The position numbers and the translations under genes are program-made. From positions 64,001 through 128,000 of the forward strand of contig CAVUXE010000028.1 in assembly GCA_963745235.1 (NCBI GenBank): 64,000 nt of DNA, given 5' to 3'. The stretch is from an uncultured Spirochaetota bacterium (GTDB taxonomy: Bacteria; Spirochaetota; Spirochaetia; SZUA-6; Fen-1364). Positions 9,373 to 19,762 of the stretch are shown piece after piece; position 1 is the first letter of the stretch, and the number at the start of each line of letters is the position of its first letter. The notes under the pieces were generated by a model. That model saw nothing but the letters and a program-made list of their open reading frames with translations. It was not told where the DNA came from and did no database searches.

Positions 9373-10386
9373 ATGGCGGTGTCAAGGGCCAGGGGAAAGC
9401 TGCGGGATGATGAGGCGGGATCCAGGATCGGGCAACTGGTGAAGATCTCGCGGCTCTATCACCTGGAGGACGTCAGCCAGCGGCAGATTGCGGAGAGGCT
9501 CAGCGTTTCCACCGCGAGCGTCTCCCGGGCTCTCGCGCAGGCGAAGGAATTGGGGATCGTCCAAGTTACCATCAATGAGAGCATCGCCACCTCATATGCG
9601 GAGCTGGAAATCGAAATGGAGCGGCGTTTCGACCTTCGTGAATGCCTGCTCGTGGGACGCTTCGACAAGCGGGAGCAGACCTATGGCGCTCTGGCAGGCA
9701 AGGTAGGCACGCTCCTGTCGCGGATTCTCACGCCGGGGAGCACACTGGGCCTGTCCTGGGGAGAGACTCTCAAAGCAATCGGGGAGAACCTGCCTTCCCT
9801 GCCCACCGTGCGCGCGGACGTCGTTCCCATCATCGGCGCCATGGGAAAGATCGAGACAGGCGTCTACCCGAACAGCATTGCCCGCACCTTTGCGGACAAG
9901 ATGGGAGGCAGCGCGTACCTCGTCAACACGCCGGCTATTGTCGACAATCCGCAGACCCGCGCTTCCATCATGGCTGACAGCAACTTCGAACAGGTGCGCA
10001 AGCTGTGGCGGCGCCTGACCGCCGTGATTCTCGGGGTGAGCGGCCTGGGGGCGGACACCTCCGCCTATCGCGGCGGCATTTTTAATCGGAACGACCTTGC
10101 CGTGATGCGCTCCCGCGGCGGCGTGTGCGCAACCAATTTCATCATCCTTGATTCGGAAGGCCGCCCGGTATCAACTCCGCTCTCGGAGAGGATCGTCTGT
10201 CTCTCCGTGCCAGAGATGAGGAACCTCCGCAACGTAGTGATCGTAGCAGCGGGGGACAACAAGATCGTGCCGCTGCGCGCAGCCCTCAAGAGCAGGCTCG
10301 CCCACGTGCTGGTAACAGACGTCTCCTGCGCGCTGGCCCTCCTGGGAACCGGCTTGCAGGCGAAGGGAAGTGCTCAAAAGCTGTAG
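9373..10386 (+). CDS. SorC/DeoR-family sugar-binding transcriptional regulator
   Basis: LYHLEDVSQRQIAERLSVS HTH, GLSWGET, LVTD. Divergent from the E1/E2 operon. Confidence 0.9.
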   Translation: MAVSRARGKLRDDEAGSRIGQLVKISRLYHLEDVSQRQIAERLSVSTASVSRALAQAKELGIVQVTINESIATSYAELEIEMERRFDLRECLLVGRFDKREQTYGALAGKVGTLLSRILTPGSTLGLSWGETLKAIGENLPSLPTVRADVVPIIGAMGKIETGVYPNSIARTFADKMGGSAYLVNTPAIVDNPQTRASIMADSNFEQVRKLWRRLTAVILGVSGLGADTSAYRGGIFNRNDLAVMRSRGGVCATNFIILDSEGRPVSTPLSERIVCLSVPEMRNLRNVVIVAAGDNKIVPLRAALKSRLAHVLVTDVSCALALLGTGLQAKGSAQKL

Positions 10387-10389
10387 CTG

Positions 10390-12629
10390 CTACTCGGTCA
10401 TCCGCGAGGTCAGACCCATCTTCTCCAGGAGATGGGTGAATGCCGATTCAGAGCGCAGGCTTGCCCACATGGGGCGAACATTGACGGAGAGAACCGCGCT
10501 GCCGGCGCGTTCCTCGTAGGCTTTTCCAAGCCACCGAATCGCCTCTGCCTTTTCCTGCAAGCCGCAGTGCACCAAAGCGAAGGCGATTGGAGGGACGTAC
10601 TTTCGCTTTGATTCTTCCTGCAGTTCCTTCAGAAGGGCGCGCGCTTCTTCGGTTCGTTCCAGGCGCGCACAGGCAAATCCGAGGTGGGCCTTCACCAGTA
10701 CCGCTCCACGGGAGAGCGAGGCTGCTTTTTGAAGGACCTTGATCGCATCCTCGTATCTTGACTTTTGATAGTAGGCTTCCGCGAGGTTGCGGTACGCGGG
10801 AAGAAAGTCTTTATCGATCTTGAACATCCTCTCGCACGCCTCCACGGATTTGTCGAAATCATTCGCGCAGTTGAAGATGGTCGCGGCGCAGCTGTTGACA
10901 TCCAAGGCAAGGGGGTTGAGCTCCTGCGCCCTGGCAATCTCGGCAACTGCCTCGTCCAATCTCCCCACGCACGCAAGATAGACGCCGTACGAATTGCAGA
11001 CCTTCCCGTAATTGGGATTCAGGTCCAGGGCGCGCTCAAACTCCTTCTCCGCCGCGGCTTGATCATAGTAGTAGGTTGTCATGACTGCCCCGAGTGTGGC
11101 GTGCGCCTCGGCAAGGGAGTCATCCAGGTCAAGAGCGCTCCGCGCAAGCTGTTCCGCCTTGAGAAAGCTCTCCTTCGGGGACAAGTAGCCTTCCTCTCCC
11201 ATCAGATCGTAGCACTCGGCCAATCCGGCATAGGCAGGAGCAAAATGGGGATCCTCCTTCAACGCCTCCTGGAAGTTCCGTATTGCGCTCCAAAAGGAGG
11301 CCTCCGTCCCCTTTGCGCGATCATGAAGACCTTTCAGGTACAAGTTGTATGACTTCAGGTTGCGCGTTGCCACTCTTTCGATCCTTTCGCGCTCCTGATC
11401 CAGGATGTGAATGCGCAGGGCCTGGGCAACCTTGTCGGCGATGTCGCTCTGAATCGCGAACACATCTTCCAGCTGCCTGTCGTAGTCCTGCGACCAGAGG
11501 TGCTCGTCACTGGCAACGTCGACGAGGTGCATGCTGATGCGCACCCGGTTGCCCACTTTTCTGACGCTCCCTTCGACCACGGAGCCCACATGGAGCTCCA
11601 CGGCGATCTCGGTCACCGATTTGTCTGTTGCCTTGAACCTCATTGCAGACGCGCGCGAAATGGTCCTCAGGCCCCCGATTTTTGATACCGCCGATATCAG
11701 CTCTTCTGTCAGGCCGTCCGCGAAATACTCGTCATCGGGGTTCGGGCTGATGTTCGCCAGAGGCAATACCGCAATCCGCTTCTTCGTGGTCAGGCTCCCC
11801 GCTGGAGCCTGAGCGGCAGGCTCTTGGACTTTTCTCCGAGATTCGTCAACGAAAGCCGGCGGATCCGGCATCCGCCCCTGGGCGATGGATTCCGCCAGAC
11901 GCACGGTCTCCTGCTGGGGTTCGTCTTTCAGCTCCTTTTCCAGCAGCCTGCGGCACTCCTCGAACTGGCGCTTTGCCGCCGCCCGATTTCCCTCCCAGGC
12001 ATAAAGCCGCATGAGCGTGGCGTGAGCCGCTTCGTCCAGAGGGTCGAGGCCGAGCCGTTCATAGGCATAGCCGAGTGCGGACTGGAAAATCGCCGGCAGC
12101 CGCGGTGCACAGCACCAGCCGATCCAGGATTTGCGTTGCCTCGAGCCGGTATTTCTCCGTAGTGAAAAGCTGCCAGTCATCGAAGTCTACGCTGTCTTTC
12201 AACGTGAAACCGAGGAGGAACTCGCCTCGGTACAGCCTCGCGGCTTCCTTCAACAGGGGAAGGCATTGCCGGCATATCGTCTGCTGCGCGTGAGCATGGC
12301 CACCGGCAAGGGCAAGCAGCTCTTTGCACCTGGACAGATCAATCCAGGTGTTCGGTGATCCAGTCAAGCTGACGGCTTCCCGCTCCGCGTGAAGGAACTC
12401 CCGGCCCAGAGAACTTCGAAGCGTTGAAAGCGTGCGACGCAGCGCAGAGTGTCCTTCTGCGCGGCCGTAGCGTGACCACAGCAGGGTGACCAGGGTGTCA
12501 CGGCTGGCAGGTCTCCCGACCACGGACAGGTAGGCCATGAGGGCAACCGCTTTCCGAGTGTCGAAATGAACGGGAGCCCCGCTCCACGGACGGCGGACCC
12601 AGAAAGGCCAGTCGAACCTTCGCCATCAT
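10390..12629 (-). CDS. SARP-like activator: winged HTH + BTAD + TolB-like domain + TPR repeats (frameshifts near 12575 and 12090)
   Basis: LAFLGPP..RKAVALMAYL..SRDTLVTLLW..LRRTLSTLR, LYRGEFL.GF..FDDW, LDPLDEAAH..LMRLY (BTAD), IAVLPLAN..EYFADGLTEELI, multiple TPRs, spread over three frames. Confidence 0.85.
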
Positions 12630-12681
12630 CCTTTTCTCTGGTCTTTAATATACTAGCCGAACCGTTGCACGACGAATGAGA

Positions 12682-12754
12682 CGTCACGAAACCTGCCTCG
12701 CGTCGTAACGCGGCCGTAACGCACGTCTTCCCGATCCGTCACGATGGCGTAACG
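12682..12754 (+). promoter_or_regulatory. Five direct heptamer repeats CGT(A/C)ACG in 11/22-bp phase (SARP-type binding array)
   Basis: Copies start at 12682, 12704, 12715, 12737 and 12748. Confidence 0.75.
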
Positions 12755-12820
12755 TCGCCCATCGCATAAAGGGACATCGAGAGTCGAGCCCAACGTCGAC
12801 CACGAAGGGAGATTATCGCT

Positions 12821-13081
12821 ATGAGCAGCGTCGATATAGCTTCTGTCCTTCCGGCCCGGGATTCCCAGAGCGTCCGTCGCTTTGCCCTTTCCTCCGGCGA
12901 GCTTCACCGGATAGCGCGTGGCGTACGGCACGTACGCGTTCTGTCCGGCAAAGCATGGATCACCGAGGATGGACGCGACATGATTGGCACCCCTGGCAGC
13001 TGCATCCAGCTGACTCGAGCCAGGCATTCGACTCTGGTTTCCGGGCTCGGCGGCCAGCCGCTTCTGTTCGAGGTCTGGTAG
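12821..13081 (+). CDS. DUF2917-like small cupin-type protein
   Basis: VRVLSGKAWITEDGRD...PG pattern; GGGAG RBS upstream. Confidence 0.7.
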   Translation: MSSVDIASVLPARDSQSVRRFALSSGELHRIARGVRHVRVLSGKAWITEDGRDMIGTPGSCIQLTRARHSTLVSGLGGQPLLFEVW

Positions 13082-13118
13082 GTCTCACCGGCCGCGCCGT
13101 GCAGTCGGTGTGTCCCCA

Positions 13119-13372
13119 CAGGGACTACTTGCTTGTCTTTAGAACGACGTAGACAACGGGAGGCGCAGATCCGCCAAAACCTGATTCTTCGATCAGCGAC
13201 CGAAGCGCGACGCCGGCAAACATTCGCTGTCCCTGGTCGTGGGGGCCTTCGGCAGCCGTGGGGTTCCTGCGCAGTGACACCATTTCCCCTTGGGGTATCA
13301 GGGACCCGAAAGCCTGCTCTGGCACATCACTGAGGCCTCCGACTTTGGCCCGTCGAGCGCTTGAGCAGGGCC
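13119..13372 (-). repeat. Internally deleted copy of the 3' part of the lipoprotein gene at 36474-38091
   Basis: 13119-13341 matches 36468-36690 (4 mismatches by eye); 13342-13372 matches 37406-37436 (2 mismatches). Confidence 0.92.
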
Positions 13373-13464
13373 GCAACATCGGCTCTTGGGATCCGGTATT
13401 TCCTCCCCAGGAGCCGGATCAGGGAGTCCCGTCGCAGAGAATTAGGACATCGAGACGTTGTGAC

Positions 13465-14505
13465 CTACTCGTAGCCGCCATAACGATGTACCGTGTCGAC
13501 CATCATTCGATAGTTCTCAGGCTTGACCCCGGAGTGGATAGACGCAGCTGCCATCAGAATGTATCCTCCCCCGGCTGCGGTTTCTTCGATTGTCTTGCGC
13601 GTCATTCTTTGAACCTCTTCCGGGTTGCCCCGGGACAGCAGATCCGTGCTTATGTTCCCCGCGAAAGCCACACGATAGCCGAAAATCTTCTTTGCAATGC
13701 TGATGTCCATCTGATCTTCCGGCGCCAGGGGATGGATGACATCCACGCCGGTGCTCACAATCTGATCCAAGATCCGCCAGATATTTCCGTGAGAGTGGTA
13801 GAACACATATGCCCTGCGGTCCTTGATGGCTTGTGCCGCGGCTCTCAGGCGCGGAATGTGGATCTCTGTCAGGATGCGCGGGTCGATGAAAGTCCCCGTC
13901 TTGAATCCAAGGTCGCCATTTATGATGATCATTTCCGCGCCCAGGTCCACGGCTTTTCTAGCCACGTCGATGATCCAATCGGTTACCACCGCGTATGCGC
14001 CCGTGAGAAGCTCACGATCCTGGCTGACGCTCAGCAGAAAATTCTGGAAACCGAGGAGACACTTGGTCGTCTCGAACATATCGACAATGTTGTATGTGAT
14101 GAGCTTGCTTCCCTTGAACCTTTTCACATATTCCTGGAGGATTGCGTACCTGTGCGGGCGGCTCGGGTCGGGAGGGCAGTAGTTTGCAAGCTCGGACAGA
14201 GACCCTACGGGGGCGCCTTCTTCGACCGGGAAGGCTGACATTTCGACGGTGGCCTTTCGCGTCACGCCCCATTCGTCAACGAACAGTTCGCCGGGCGTCC
14301 GTGCTTTCAGGCCTTTGGCGTAGCCGCCCATGGACGGCTCCCATGCCGTAATCGCGTCCAGGTCAAGCTCCTCTACCACGTCGGCATACTCTCCCCCCGG
14401 GCAGAGTCGCTGCGCGACTTTCTGATCAATGGCATACTCGAAAGTCGGGACGCGGTCAGGCATTTCCCTTTGAATCGCCTTGCACATTCTTTCCCGCGAT
14501 GTCAT
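13465..14505 (-). CDS. Uroporphyrinogen decarboxylase/MtaA-CmuA superfamily protein
   Basis: MTSRER..AI.RE.PDRVP, DEWGV, GDLG, HSHGN, GNI, GGYIL family motifs. Confidence 0.85.
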   Translation of the reverse strand: MTSRERMCKAIQREMPDRVPTFEYAIDQKVAQRLCPGGEYADVVEELDLDAITAWEPSMGGYAKGLKARTPGELFVDEWGVTRKATVEMSAFPVEEGAPVGSLSELANYCPPDPSRPHRYAILQEYVKRFKGSKLITYNIVDMFETTKCLLGFQNFLLSVSQDRELLTGAYAVVTDWIIDVARKAVDLGAEMIIINGDLGFKTGTFIDPRILTEIHIPRLRAAAQAIKDRRAYVFYHSHGNIWRILDQIVSTGVDVIHPLAPEDQMDISIAKKIFGYRVAFAGNISTDLLSRGNPEEVQRMTRKTIEETAAGGGYILMAAASIHSGVKPENYRMMVDTVHRYGGYE

Positions 14506-14545
14506 TCTTCATCTCCTGTAGGATCCCGTACGCAACACTCGTGTG

Positions 14546-14574
14546 ATTATAGGCGCACGATGACCCCGACGCAA
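14546..14574 (-). promoter_or_regulatory. Sigma70 promoter for the UroD-fold gene
   Basis: TTGCGT, 17 nt, TATAAT on the minus strand. Confidence 0.55.
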
Positions 14575-14659
14575 CCGCGGAGCGGGAAATCGTTCCTTCA
14601 TCAGTCGCGCGACTGTGCTATACTTGGGCAAACTTTCCGTTGCAGAAAGGAGACCACAC

Positions 14660-15558
14660 GTGGAGATCGAGCATGCCGTTTCCGTGTCAAATCACCTCGG
14701 AGAGGGACCAATCTGGCATCAGACCGAACAAAGGCTGTATTGGGTTGATGCCACCAACAACTCCTATTTGACCCTTGAGCCCTCGACCGGCAAGGTCGAG
14801 CGTAATGACGTGGGGCGTTTCACGATTTCGGTTGCCTTCTGTGATAACGGAAAACTGCTGGTGGCCACAGATACTGAGCTGACATACTGGGATCCGCGCT
14901 CCAGGACCTCCGAGCTCATCGCGACCGGTTCGTTTGATGCCGGCGCAGTGCGTTTCAACGACGGAAAGGTTGACCCGGCCGGCGGTACTTCATCGGCACG
15001 ATGCACCGCGTTGAGAATATGCCCCTTGGCGGGCTCTATCGACTGACGGCTCACGGGGATTTTTCGCAGGTCGAATGGAACATCACGACTTCCAACGGTC
15101 TGGGCTGGAGCCCCGACGGGCTGAAGCTCTACTATACAGATTCAATCCGGAAAGCGATTTACCGTTATGACTACGACAGGGAGAGCGGGGCGATAGCAAA
15201 TAGAGAGGTCCTCATTGATTCACAGGAGGAGGACGGGGTGCCTGACGGCCTCGCAGTCGATTCTGAGGGATGCATCTGGAGCGCCCGGTTCAATGGATGG
15301 AATGTAACGCGGTATGACCCGAATGGAAAAAAGATTGTCACTCTGCGGGCTCCTGTCGCAAAGCCAACCAGCTGCACGTTTGGGGGAGCGAACCTTCAGG
15401 ACCTGTACATCACCACGGCGCGATACGGTCTTGATGAAGCACACCTCGGAAAGTTTCCTCAGAGCGGAGACCTGTTCGTCTGCCACACAGGCGTCAGGGG
15501 CCAGATCGAGCGTTCTTTCAGCCGCGCCCGTGTGCCCCTTCCCCGTTGGACCCGGTAG
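14660..15558 (+). CDS. SMP-30/gluconolactonase-family sugar lactonase (frameshift near 14983)
   Basis: LGEGP.W, RFNDGKVDPAG, SNGLGWSPDG, PDGLAVDSEG, PTSCTFGG. GTG start after AGGAG. Confidence 0.88.
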
Positions 15559-15587
15559 AGAAAGATCTTCCGGCTCCGCTCTCTCCT

Positions 15588-16571
15588 TCAGGCTTCAGAC
15601 CTCTCGGGCGGATAGTCTTCCTTCAGGCGCTCGAAAAGAGCTTCAAGGGCGGAAGAGCCGGTGTACAGGGCTTCGTTACCCTCCGGCCAGGAGTGTCCTT
15701 CGATCACGTAGCCGTCATCCGCAAAGAGTACGTTTCCCGTGAGATGCCGCTGGTCCACGCAGAGAGCCGTCAGCGTCTCCGCTACACCCTCGGGGCTCGC
15801 GAACCGCTTGGTTGGAGTATGCGCGAGGATGCTCTTGGCCCTTGGCTTGAACCTGCCATCGGGTCCCTTGAGGAGAGCCGAGTTCAGATCAGTTTCCACT
15901 GTTCCCGGGGCAACGCCGTTCACCCGCACACCAAACGGCGCCAACTGGGCTGCTGCCGTCTTGATGAGGCCTTCCACTGCATGCTTGGTCGCGTTGTACG
16001 CGTAGACGCCGTAGAGCGAGCATCGACTCCCCGAGGAGCAGAGATGGATAATGTGTCCGCGTCGCTGCGGTATCATCTGGCGGGCCGCATTCAGTGTGAC
16101 AATGAATGCCCCGTTCAGGTTGATGTCATTCACTTTCCGGAAAGTCGCCACCATGTCGTCGGGATTGTCTTTATACAGGTCGAAGGGTTGATGAGATACT
16201 CCAGCGAAGTTCACCACCACATCGATCCGACCGAATCTTTCCTTGACGTGCTCGAGAGTTTTCGCAACATCGGCGGGTGAGGTAACGTCTCCCGCGTACC
16301 ATTCCGCGGGGACAGCAGGGTTGATGCCTCTGACATTCCTAACTATCCTTTCAGCCTTTGCCCCAGCCTCCGCTTGGCGGACAGGGTCCGAGGGGAGGAC
16401 GTCCGACAGGAGCGGAACAGCGCCGCAGGCGGCAGCAGCGTAGTGGAACGTTTCCGCAAGATTTCCCGCCCCCCCGAAGGACAAAATCACCTTGTGATCC
16501 AGATTCACTCCCCGAGGCCAATCGAATGAGAATTTTCTTATCTGCGGGTCTTGGACAGCTATCACCTGCAT
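15588..16571 (-). CDS. SDR-family NAD(P)-dependent oxidoreductase
   Basis: GGAGNLA (variant Gly motif), VNFAG, YNATK, VNGVAPG. Confidence 0.88.
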   Translation of the reverse strand: MQVIAVQDPQIRKFSFDWPRGVNLDHKVILSFGGAGNLAETFHYAAAACGAVPLLSDVLPSDPVRQAEAGAKAERIVRNVRGINPAVPAEWYAGDVTSPADVAKTLEHVKERFGRIDVVVNFAGVSHQPFDLYKDNPDDMVATFRKVNDINLNGAFIVTLNAARQMIPQRRGHIIHLCSSGSRCSLYGVYAYNATKHAVEGLIKTAAAQLAPFGVRVNGVAPGTVETDLNSALLKGPDGRFKPRAKSILAHTPTKRFASPEGVAETLTALCVDQRHLTGNVLFADDGYVIEGHSWPEGNEALYTGSSALEALFERLKEDYPPERSEA

Positions 16572-16616
16572 GGTTCGTTCCTTTGTCAAACCGTCGATGG
16601 CGGATTGACGGCGACC

Positions 16617-17738
16617 TCAATCAATCGACTTGCCATACTTCTCCAGCGATTCCTTGGCAGGCGTTGTCCCTGCGCCGGGCATTTCGGGCTTTACAAAGTA
16701 GCCGTCCCGCACTGTGGCCGGGTCCAGAAAGCACTGTCGTATCCACGGGATGTATTCCAGCACGCTGCAGGAAGGTGAATGGAACGCGATGTGCACATGG
16801 ACCTGGCTCATTTCCCCCGCGTGCGGGGCGACCTGGAGGGACTGCGATGCGGCCGCGGCGATTGCTTGAAGGAAAGGCGTTACCCCGCCAATGCGCGTGA
16901 CGTCCGGCTGCACGAACTGAACAGCGCCTCGGAGCATGAACTGACAGAGAGATTCCACAGTATAGATCTGTTCGCCCAGAGCGATCGGAATCCGCGTGGC
17001 CCGGGCGAGACGGGCATGCGCCTCTACGTCGTCGTACCACAGGGGCTCCTCGAACCACAGCACGTCGAAGGGTTCCAGGCGCCGTGAAAGGTGCAGAGCC
17101 TCGGGGAGATCCAGCCTGCCGTTCGCATCGATTGCTATCGTGATCCCGGGACCAATGGCTTTCCGAACGGCCTCGACCCGTCTCACGTCGTCCGCGGGGT
17201 TCTCCTGACCGACTTTGATCTTGACCCCCGTGAATCCTTCCTCCTGGCACGTTCGGGTGCAAAGATCCACCAGCTCTGACATATTCAAGCTCAACCATCC
17301 AACGTCCGTGTTGTAGGCCCGCATTCGATCCGCGTGCGAGCCTCCAAGGAATGCCCACAGCGGCTGCCCCGCGTGCTTGGCCCGCAGATCCCAAAGCGCG
17401 ACGTCGACGGCAGACAACGCCAACTGGGTCATGCCCGCTCTGCCGATCCATTGGATGGGCGGCGAGCGGAACAGGTCACGCCAGATGCCCTGGCCTTCTT
17501 CGAGATTCCGGCCCACGAGAATCGGCGCGTACAGCTCAGAAATGATGCGGGCAATCAGGCGGTCTGATGCAAGATGAGCATGAGTTCCGGTGAAGCCAAA
17601 ACCATCAATTCCGTCGGAAGAGCGGATTCGCGCCCCCACAACGCCCCAGTGGCTTATGCTGTGCATGCTGTCCGCGATCTGATTTCCCGTGACGGGAATA
17701 TGCATGATGAATGGGCTCACGCTTTTGACGCGCATCAC
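16617..17738 (-). CDS. Mandelate racemase/muconate lactonizing enzyme family (acid-sugar dehydratase)
   Basis: DVALWDL, KIKVG, DAN, EEP, GE, QPD..RIGG, PH. Confidence 0.9.
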   Translation of the reverse strand: MMRVKSVSPFIMHIPVTGNQIADSMHSISHWGVVGARIRSSDGIDGFGFTGTHAHLASDRLIARIISELYAPILVGRNLEEGQGIWRDLFRSPPIQWIGRAGMTQLALSAVDVALWDLRAKHAGQPLWAFLGGSHADRMRAYNTDVGWLSLNMSELVDLCTRTCQEEGFTGVKIKVGQENPADDVRRVEAVRKAIGPGITIAIDANGRLDLPEALHLSRRLEPFDVLWFEEPLWYDDVEAHARLARATRIPIALGEQIYTVESLCQFMLRGAVQFVQPDVTRIGGVTPFLQAIAAAASQSLQVAPHAGEMSQVHVHIAFHSPSCSVLEYIPWIRQCFLDPATVRDGYFVKPEMPGAGTTPAKESLEKYGKSID

Positions 17739-17760
17739 ACCGCCTTCCCTGCTTTTCCGC

Positions 17761-17826
17761 TTGACATCCAGCCACTGAACGGGTACAGTGGTCTCTGGTA
17801 CTACCAGACTATCACAGACCAGAGAC
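17761..17826 (+). promoter_or_regulatory. Sigma70 promoter with FadR-type operator TCTGGTA-C-TACCAGA
   Basis: TTGACA 17761-17766, 17 nt, TACAGT; perfect palindrome at 17794-17808; extra half-site ACCAGAGAC at 17818-17826. Confidence 0.75.
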
Positions 17827-17849
17827 GTCGGTCAAGTGAGGCTCGCGTG

Positions 17850-18581
17850 GTGCAGACGGTTATCCGGCCCATTGTGCGCGCCACCCTCGGTCAGGGAGTG
17901 GTGGAGCAGCTCAGCAAGCTCATCCAGGAGGGGACGTTTCGTCCGGGGGAGAAGTTGCCGCCCGAACGCTCCATGGCGCAGCTCTTCGGCGTAGCGCGGG
18001 GCCCCGTGCGCGAGGCTCTGCGAGCGCTCGCGCTGGCCGGGCTGATCACGATCGTGCCCGGAAAGGGAACGTTCGTAGCGGAAAAAAAGCTCGCTCCTCA
18101 CCCGAACGAAATCAGGGCATACCTCGGCCGCGAGATTGAGGGCATTCGAAGCGTCTACGAAGCGCGCCGAGTGATCGAAAGTTTCATGGCCGAGCTGGCT
18201 GCTGAGCGCATCGGTGCCAAAGGCATCGCGGCGCTCGAGCATCACATGGAAGAAATGCGGGCAATTGCGTCGAGTCCGGACCCGGACCTGAAGGCATTCG
18301 CGGAAAGCCATTACCGGTTCGACCTGGTTGTTGCAGACGCATGCGGAAATCCCGTGCTGACCGGGATCTTCAAGAGTCTGCATGAGGTTGAACTGGAGAC
18401 TCACCTGAAGATTCTCCGTCTCTCGGGCCGGATGGAAAACTCGATAAAGACGCACGAACTGCTCCTCAAGGCAATTCGTTCGAAAAGTCGCAAAGAGGCA
18501 CGTGCAGCTTCAAAGCGTCATTTCGATGCGGCGTTACGTTTTCTTGATCGACTGCTGGAAAACGAAGAGGTGGAGGGATGA
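17850..18581 (+). CDS. GntR/FadR-family transcriptional regulator
   Basis: PGEKLPPERSMAQLFGVARGPVREAL..GKGTFV plus FCD domain. Confidence 0.9.
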   Translation: MQTVIRPIVRATLGQGVVEQLSKLIQEGTFRPGEKLPPERSMAQLFGVARGPVREALRALALAGLITIVPGKGTFVAEKKLAPHPNEIRAYLGREIEGIRSVYEARRVIESFMAELAAERIGAKGIAALEHHMEEMRAIASSPDPDLKAFAESHYRFDLVVADACGNPVLTGIFKSLHEVELETHLKILRLSGRMENSIKTHELLLKAIRSKSRKEARAASKRHFDAALRFLDRLLENEEVEG

Positions 18582-18676
18582 CAGGCCGGTGGGCCAGCGC
18601 CCGTGGGCCGCCTCTGGCCGGGTTCGCGCAGGCGTGCGATATTTCTTCGGTTGTTCACCCCGGGAAGGAGGAAAAG

Positions 18677-19760
18677 ATGAAACGCAGATTTTTGTTTATT
18701 TGCCTGTGCATCGTGGTTTCGGGAACCGTGGTCATTGGGTCTTTGTTCGCGGGCGGTTCAAAGGAAGGCGGCTCCGGAACGACGGCGGCTCCGGCATCAG
18801 CCCAGCCGTATATGGTTGCCATGAAGAAGCCGCCCTACGTGGTTGGATTGTGCAATTCTTTCAGCGGGAACTCGTGGCGCGCTCAGATGGTGGCCGAGTT
18901 CCGCGCGGAGGCTGACAAGCTGAAGGCCAGTGGAACTCTCAAGGACTACGTCGTCGCGGACGCGACGGGGAGCACCGCCAGCCAGATCCAGCAGATTCAG
19001 AACATGGTAGCAAAAAGAGTAGATGCCATCCTGATAGACGCGAACTCGCTCACTGCGCTGAACCCCGCCATTGAGGCGGCTCACAAGGCCGGGCATTCTC
19101 GTCATCTCCTTCGACAATGTCGTGGATTCGCCCTACTCAATGACAGTGAACATCGCGCAGGAGACATTCGGACAAATCGGGGCGGAATGGCTTGCCAAGA
19201 AGCTCAACGGCCAGGGCAACATCATCGTGCTCAACGGTCTGGTCGGGACCCCCGGCAACGACCAGAGGTGGAGCGGAGCCAAGGCAGTCTTTGACAAGTA
19301 CCCCAACATCAAGATCCTTGCGTCTGTCAACGCGGACTGGGATCAAGCGAAGGGTCAGCAGGCTGTTGCCAATTTGCTTCCGTCCTTCCCGAAGATTGAC
19401 GGGATATGGTCGCAAGGCGGCGCCATGACCCTGGGAGCCATCTACGCCTTCCAGGCGGCAAACCGGCCTCTGGTCCCCATGGCGGGAGAAGCAAACAACG
19501 GGCTCCTCAAGGTATGGAAAAAGAACCTCGCAAATGGATTCGATTCAGTTGGTCCTTCGGACCCCGCAACAATCGGAGCAACGACTCTCGATGTCGCCGT
19601 AAAAGCGCTCAACGGAGAAAAAGTTCCCAAAGACACTCTCCTGGATCCCCCCGTGATTACCAGTGACACTCTTGACAAGTACATTCAACCGGATCTCTCG
19701 GACGCCCTGTGGCTTCCGACAAACCTCAGCCCTGATCAGCTGAACGCCCTTTTCAAGTAG
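18677..19760 (+). CDS. Ribose-type (CUT2) ABC substrate-binding protein (frameshift near 19090)
   Basis: Signal peptide, NSFSGNSWRAQM, GILVISFD, ADWDQAKGQ, in two frames. Confidence 0.88.
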
Positions 19761-19762
19761 TC

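Noticed and set aside
6100-9442. Long plus-strand ORFs (732 aa, 425 aa) opposite the E1/E2 genes
   Set aside because: Antisense shadows of GC-rich genes with no family motifs.
12682-12754. Short repeats considered as a mini-CRISPR or iterons
   Set aside because: Repeats are 7 bp with 4/15-nt gaps and there are no cas or rep genes. They fit a regulator array better.
13125-13379. 84-aa ORF as an independent gene
   Set aside because: It is the deleted duplicate of the 3' end of the 36474 gene.
13465-14505. hemE (true uroporphyrinogen decarboxylase)
   Set aside because: Lacks the N-terminal MRQAGR motif and there is no tetrapyrrole gene context.
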